Shown: in pieces, positions 17,308 through 20,267 of the stretch
How positions within the stretch are numbered: position 1 is the first letter of the stretch
Layout: each line of letters begins with the position of its first letter
DNA from: Fimbriimonadales bacterium
GTDB lineage: Bacteria > Armatimonadota > Fimbriimonadia > Fimbriimonadales > ATM1
Length of the DNA: 20,267 nt
Direction of reading: 5' to 3'
Assembly (NCBI GenBank): GCA_051003155.1
Contig: JBPCLO010000039.1
Coordinates: forward strand, 1-20,267
Made by a program: the position numbers and the translations under genes
The notes under the pieces: model-generated
What the model was told of the DNA's origin: nothing
What the model saw: only the letters and a program-made list of their open reading frames with translations
The model's database searches: none

Positions 17308-17313
17308 ATTATG
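17308..17313 (-). promoter_or_regulatory. Putative -10 box of a leaderless mscL transcript
   Basis: CATAAT lies 6 nt before ATG 17301, with no SD. Confidence 0.5.
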
Positions 17314-17383
17314 CACATACGCGACGACCGGGCGCCATTCCGAGGACGTGCCATTCACGCGATGGTCCGCGCCAATTCAAGTT

Positions 17384-17418
17384 AAGAAAAAAGCGGCCGC
17401 AGAAAACTGCAGCCGCTT
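17384..17418 (-). terminator. Rho-independent terminator of the PEP-CTERM gene
   Basis: The minus strand reads AAGCGGCTGCAG-TTTT-CTGCGGCCGCTT, followed by TTTTCTT, beginning 17 nt after the stop. Confidence 0.8.
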
Positions 17419-17435
17419 CTCGACAGTTCTGTCTT

Positions 17436-18146
17436 TTACCTGCGGCGTCTGCGAAGCAGAGCCAGGAGGCCGATCGAAAGACCGGCGATCGTTGCTGGCT
17501 CAGGCACGAGCTCAAGACCCATGTTATCGTAGAACACAGAAGTTGCGCCGTTGCCGTAGAGGTCGGTCGCGCCGATGTTTTGCTGGCCACCAGCGCCGCC
17601 ATACCACTCACCTTCCACGACCACTTGGCCGTTGTAGCGAGCGGTGTGCGTGTTGGCGTCGAGGTCGATGAGTACGTCGATCGTACGCCATACGCCTAAG
17701 TCGTACGCAACTTGGGTCTCGGTGACAACGTTTCCGCTGCCGCCCAGGTTATGAATCATCCCGTCGGTGCTGTCGAAGACCATCTGGAGGCTCCAGTCCT
17801 TCGGATTTCCACCCGACGTGTAGGTGTTCATGAGGATGAAGTAGCTCTGACCCGAGTACTTGGTGGGAAGATAGACGTCGGCTGTGTACACCCATACGCC
17901 GGTAGACATGCCGCTGTGAACCTGTACCAAGTCCGCAGTGGGGATAATGTCGACGGAATTCGGGGGACTGGACGATTGTGCGTTCGAAACGAACGCCGTC
18001 CAAGCGGGGTTACCGTCCCAGCCTTCCCAACCATTCACACCGTGCAAGTTATCGCCGGCGTTGTAGCTGTCGAAGTCCTCGAACCACTGTGCGGAGGCGC
18101 CAACTGCGAGCACGGCTACAGCCGCACCAACTAACATTCTTTTCAT
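17436..18146 (-). CDS. PEP-CTERM sorting-domain surface protein
   Basis: Signal peptide MKRMLVGAAVAVLAVGASA, a beta-rich body, and C-terminal VPEPATIAGLSIGLLALLRRRRR. SD GAAGGAG upstream. Confidence 0.93.
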   Translation of the reverse strand: MKRMLVGAAVAVLAVGASAQWFEDFDSYNAGDNLHGVNGWEGWDGNPAWTAFVSNAQSSSPPNSVDIIPTADLVQVHSGMSTGVWVYTADVYLPTKYSGQSYFILMNTYTSGGNPKDWSLQMVFDSTDGMIHNLGGSGNVVTETQVAYDLGVWRTIDVLIDLDANTHTARYNGQVVVEGEWYGGAGGQQNIGATDLYGNGATSVFYDNMGLELVPEPATIAGLSIGLLALLRRRRR

Positions 18147-18224
18147 TTTGCTCTCCTTCTTTTGTTCTGGCGCGGCCAAAAATGAAGCCTGCGCCTGTGC
18201 CCTTTAGTCGGTGCACATATTTCA

Positions 18225-18253
18225 AGTATACGTATCTCAAGCGACAATTGCAA
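18225..18253 (-). promoter_or_regulatory. Sigma70-type promoter of the PEP-CTERM gene
   Basis: TTGCAA (18253-18248), a 17-nt spacer, then TATACT (18230-18225), in an AT-rich intergenic region. Confidence 0.65.
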
Positions 18254-18278
18254 CCGCTTGCAAAGACTAATTTCAATC

Positions 18279-19655
18279 TTAAGCCTCGGTTGGGCGTCGC
18301 AAGTGCCAATCGGTAGACATTTGGAAGTCTTGTGTCACCGCAAGACAGGTCGCTTCGTCAAACGGGGGGGCGATGATCTGGCCCCCGAGAGGCGCGCCCT
18401 CTTCGAACCCGATCGGGAAGGCCATGGAGGGCCAGCCGAGCAGATTCGCCGGTCCCGAGTCTCCTCCCATTAGGGCAAAGCTCTTGTCGAAAGGTTGATC
18501 GATGAGTGGGGCGGCGTGATAGAACACGGGCGTGAAGATGCAGTCGCATTGTTCCCAAATCGAGTTGGCTTTCAACGCCTCCGTCCGAAACCGCATGGCC
18601 CAAAGGTAGTCGGCCGCGCGGACTTCGAGGCCGGCCGCCAATCCCGCCACCTGATTGACATCCGTAAGCTCTTTGAGGCGGGGACCGCGGATAAAATGCT
18701 CGTGCGCGCTCGAGCCCTCGGCATCGACGATAATGCCGATCGCCAGGCCATACGGCAGATCCGGATACTTCACGTCGACGATCTCGTGGCCGAGCTTCTT
18801 GAAGGCCGCGACCGTGTCCCCATACGCCTCTTCGCATGCCCCGGCCTTGTTCTTGGTGAACTCCTCTGGAAGTAGCCCGATTCGAAGCTTCTTGCGTCCG
18901 CCACGAAAGCTAAGCCGCTCGCGGAGAGTGCTCGGGTCGTTCCCATCGTAACCTGAGACCGCCTCCAAGACCGTCTTCGCGTCTTCAGCAGAGCGGCAGA
19001 TCGGGCCGATTTTGTCGAGAGTCCAGCAAAGCGCCATCGCCCCATGCCGCGAGACACGGCCGTAGGTCGGCCGGAAGCCGGTCACGCCGTTGAAAGCGCT
19101 CGGGCAGGTAATGCTGCCACTCGTCTCACTTCCAAGAGTAAACCCAACCAGGCCGAGAGACGCCGCCGCGCCTGAGCCGCTGCTGCTCCCGCCGGCCCAC
19201 CGCGTCTTGTCCCATGCGCATAGACACGCGCCGTCGATGCTGGCGTGGGCCCAGTTGTAGTTGCCACCGCCGGCGATCTCGATCATGCTGAGCTTAGCGG
19301 CGAGTACTGCGCCCACCTTCGCGAGCTTCGCCACAACCGTTGCGTCGTAGTCGAAAACCTGGTCGTGATGCCCGGGCGAGCCCCACCGCGTCGGGATTCC
19401 CTTGGCCGAGAGGAGGTCCTTCGCGCCGTATGGAATGCCGTCGAGAGGGCCGATTCGCCTGCCCTTCGCAATGCGCGCATCCGCCGCCTTCGCCTGGCCC
19501 ATCGCCAGTTCCTCGGTGAGTTCGGCCACGGCACGGTGCTCCTTCCCGAGTGTCTTCAGCCTTGAATGATAGATCTCGGTGAGTTCGACCGAGGATATGC
19601 GCTTGCCTCGGAGCGCCTTCGAGAGCTCCGCGATGCTCGAGTAAGGGCTAACCAT
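18279..19655 (-). CDS. Amidase signature (AS) family enzyme, not canonical GatA
   Basis: Ser-cisSer-Lys motifs GPLDGIPYGAKDLL, AGGSSSGS and LGSETSGSITCPS, plus GVTGFRPTYGRVSR and WTLDKIGPI. No signal peptide. Confidence 0.92.
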   Translation of the reverse strand: MVSPYSSIAELSKALRGKRISSVELTEIYHSRLKTLGKEHRAVAELTEELAMGQAKAADARIAKGRRIGPLDGIPYGAKDLLSAKGIPTRWGSPGHHDQVFDYDATVVAKLAKVGAVLAAKLSMIEIAGGGNYNWAHASIDGACLCAWDKTRWAGGSSSGSGAAASLGLVGFTLGSETSGSITCPSAFNGVTGFRPTYGRVSRHGAMALCWTLDKIGPICRSAEDAKTVLEAVSGYDGNDPSTLRERLSFRGGRKKLRIGLLPEEFTKNKAGACEEAYGDTVAAFKKLGHEIVDVKYPDLPYGLAIGIIVDAEGSSAHEHFIRGPRLKELTDVNQVAGLAAGLEVRAADYLWAMRFRTEALKANSIWEQCDCIFTPVFYHAAPLIDQPFDKSFALMGGDSGPANLLGWPSMAFPIGFEEGAPLGGQIIAPPFDEATCLAVTQDFQMSTDWHLRRPTEA

Positions 19656-19656
19656 C

Positions 19657-19926
19657 CTAGCCGCGCCTCGGGATGAAGACCGTCACCGGCTCGCTGTTCT
19701 CCGGAAGCTTGTGCTTAAGCCTCCGCTCAGCCGCCCGCTCGATCGCCGCGAGGCTCTCCGCCGCTATCTTGCGGGCCCCCTCGGAGAACGGCGCCCCCAG
19801 CTTCGCCTCCAAATCCGAAACATCGTCCGCGCCATTCGGCTTTGCCAGAAGCGCAGGACTAATCGCCGCCGCCGACCCCAACGCGGCCAGCTTCCCGAAC
19901 TCACGCCTCGACATCCGCTTTTCCAT
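19657..19926 (-). CDS. Small Tat-signal protein with a GatC-like region
   Basis: 89 aa. MEKRMSRREFGKLAALGSAAAISPALLA contains the S-R-R-x-F twin-arginine motif. It continues DVSDLEAKLGAPFSEGARKIAAESL...LPENSEPVTVFIP. The stop lies 1 nt before the amidase ATG. An alternative start is at 19914. Confidence 0.7.
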   Translation of the reverse strand: MEKRMSRREFGKLAALGSAAAISPALLAKPNGADDVSDLEAKLGAPFSEGARKIAAESLAAIERAAERRLKHKLPENSEPVTVFIPRRG

Positions 19927-20109
19927 ACCGTTCAATTCGGCTCTGCAGAAGCCCATTCCTGCTCGTACCGCTCATAGCGATCCTAGTTATATGTCGCGAC
20001 GGCCCCGAGCTCCGATCGATTCCGGTCACAGATCGAGAGCAACCTGCCAATAGATCAGTAGGGCCATGTTCATTGAACGTCGGCCAGCACAACGAAACGG
20101 AGGAATAAA

Positions 20110-20267
20110 ATGAGAACTATCAAACTATTGGCCTTGGCAACGCTCGCAACCGCGACCGTGGCATCGAATGCACAGGTCGTCGACTTCGAGGACCTTTTGA
20201 ACAACGGAACGACAGGTTACACCCTATACGGCAGCAACGTCGACTCGGGTGGCTTCAACTTCGCATC
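20110..20267 (+). CDS. N-terminus of a secreted protein (partial; likely PEP-CTERM type)
   Basis: GGAGGA SD, then MRTIKLLALATLATATVASNA|QVVDFEDLLNNG..., open to the window end. The sorting motif is not visible. Confidence 0.7.
   Translation, partial: MRTIKLLALATLATATVASNAQVVDFEDLLNNGTTGYTLYGSNVDSGGFNFA

Noticed and set aside
18279..19926. Calling the pair gatC-gatA
   Set aside because: The motif is GSETSGSITCPS rather than the GatA-type GSDTGGSIRQPA, there is no gatB in the window, and a Tat signal is incompatible with cytoplasmic tRNA transamidation.
19927..20109. Possible riboswitch or ncRNA in the longer intergenic regions (also 6119-6268 and 16474-16574)
   Set aside because: I could not match any known riboswitch or ncRNA consensus by eye. 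An Rfam/Infernal scan would be needed.
1..20267. CRISPR array, tRNA, rRNA, IS or prophage
   Set aside because: No regularly spaced repeats, cloverleaf, rRNA-like tract, transposase or integrase were seen, and the window is almost fully coding.

Overview
A gene-dense, GC-rich bacterial chromosomal window with about 22 coding regions. I found no rRNA, tRNA, CRISPR array or mobile element. The lineage is probably Armatimonadota (Fimbriimonadia-like). This is an inference from the PEP-CTERM protein, the 'ILAAILFPVF-x-RAK' prepilin-type protein and a non-actinobacterial Dop-type gene. Gene order: aromatic amino acid hydroxylase (phhA-like), M61 peptidase, LolA-like protein, LemA-DUF2207-FMN reductase operon, prepilin-type protein coupled to an amidohydrolase, a VOC/glyoxalase gene broken by an in-frame TAG, FAD-dependent (DAO family) oxidoreductase, secreted hypothetical, hydantoinase/oxoprolinase A, Dop-type depupylase, DinB-family protein, miaB, BON lipoprotein, TlpA redoxin, DUF1232, mscL with a C-terminal CxxC...CxxC tail, PEP-CTERM protein, an amidase preceded by a small Tat-signal GatC-like ORF, and the start of another secreted protein. 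The most interesting observations are (1) the small Tat-signal GatC-like ORF plus signal-less amidase, a possible piggyback-exported heterodimer; (2) an orphan Dop with no pup/UBact or proteasome neighbours; (3) repeated leaderless promoter architecture, including a 33-bp symmetric bidirectional promoter; and (4) the amber-interrupted VOC gene. All family calls come from motif recognition; no database search was run.
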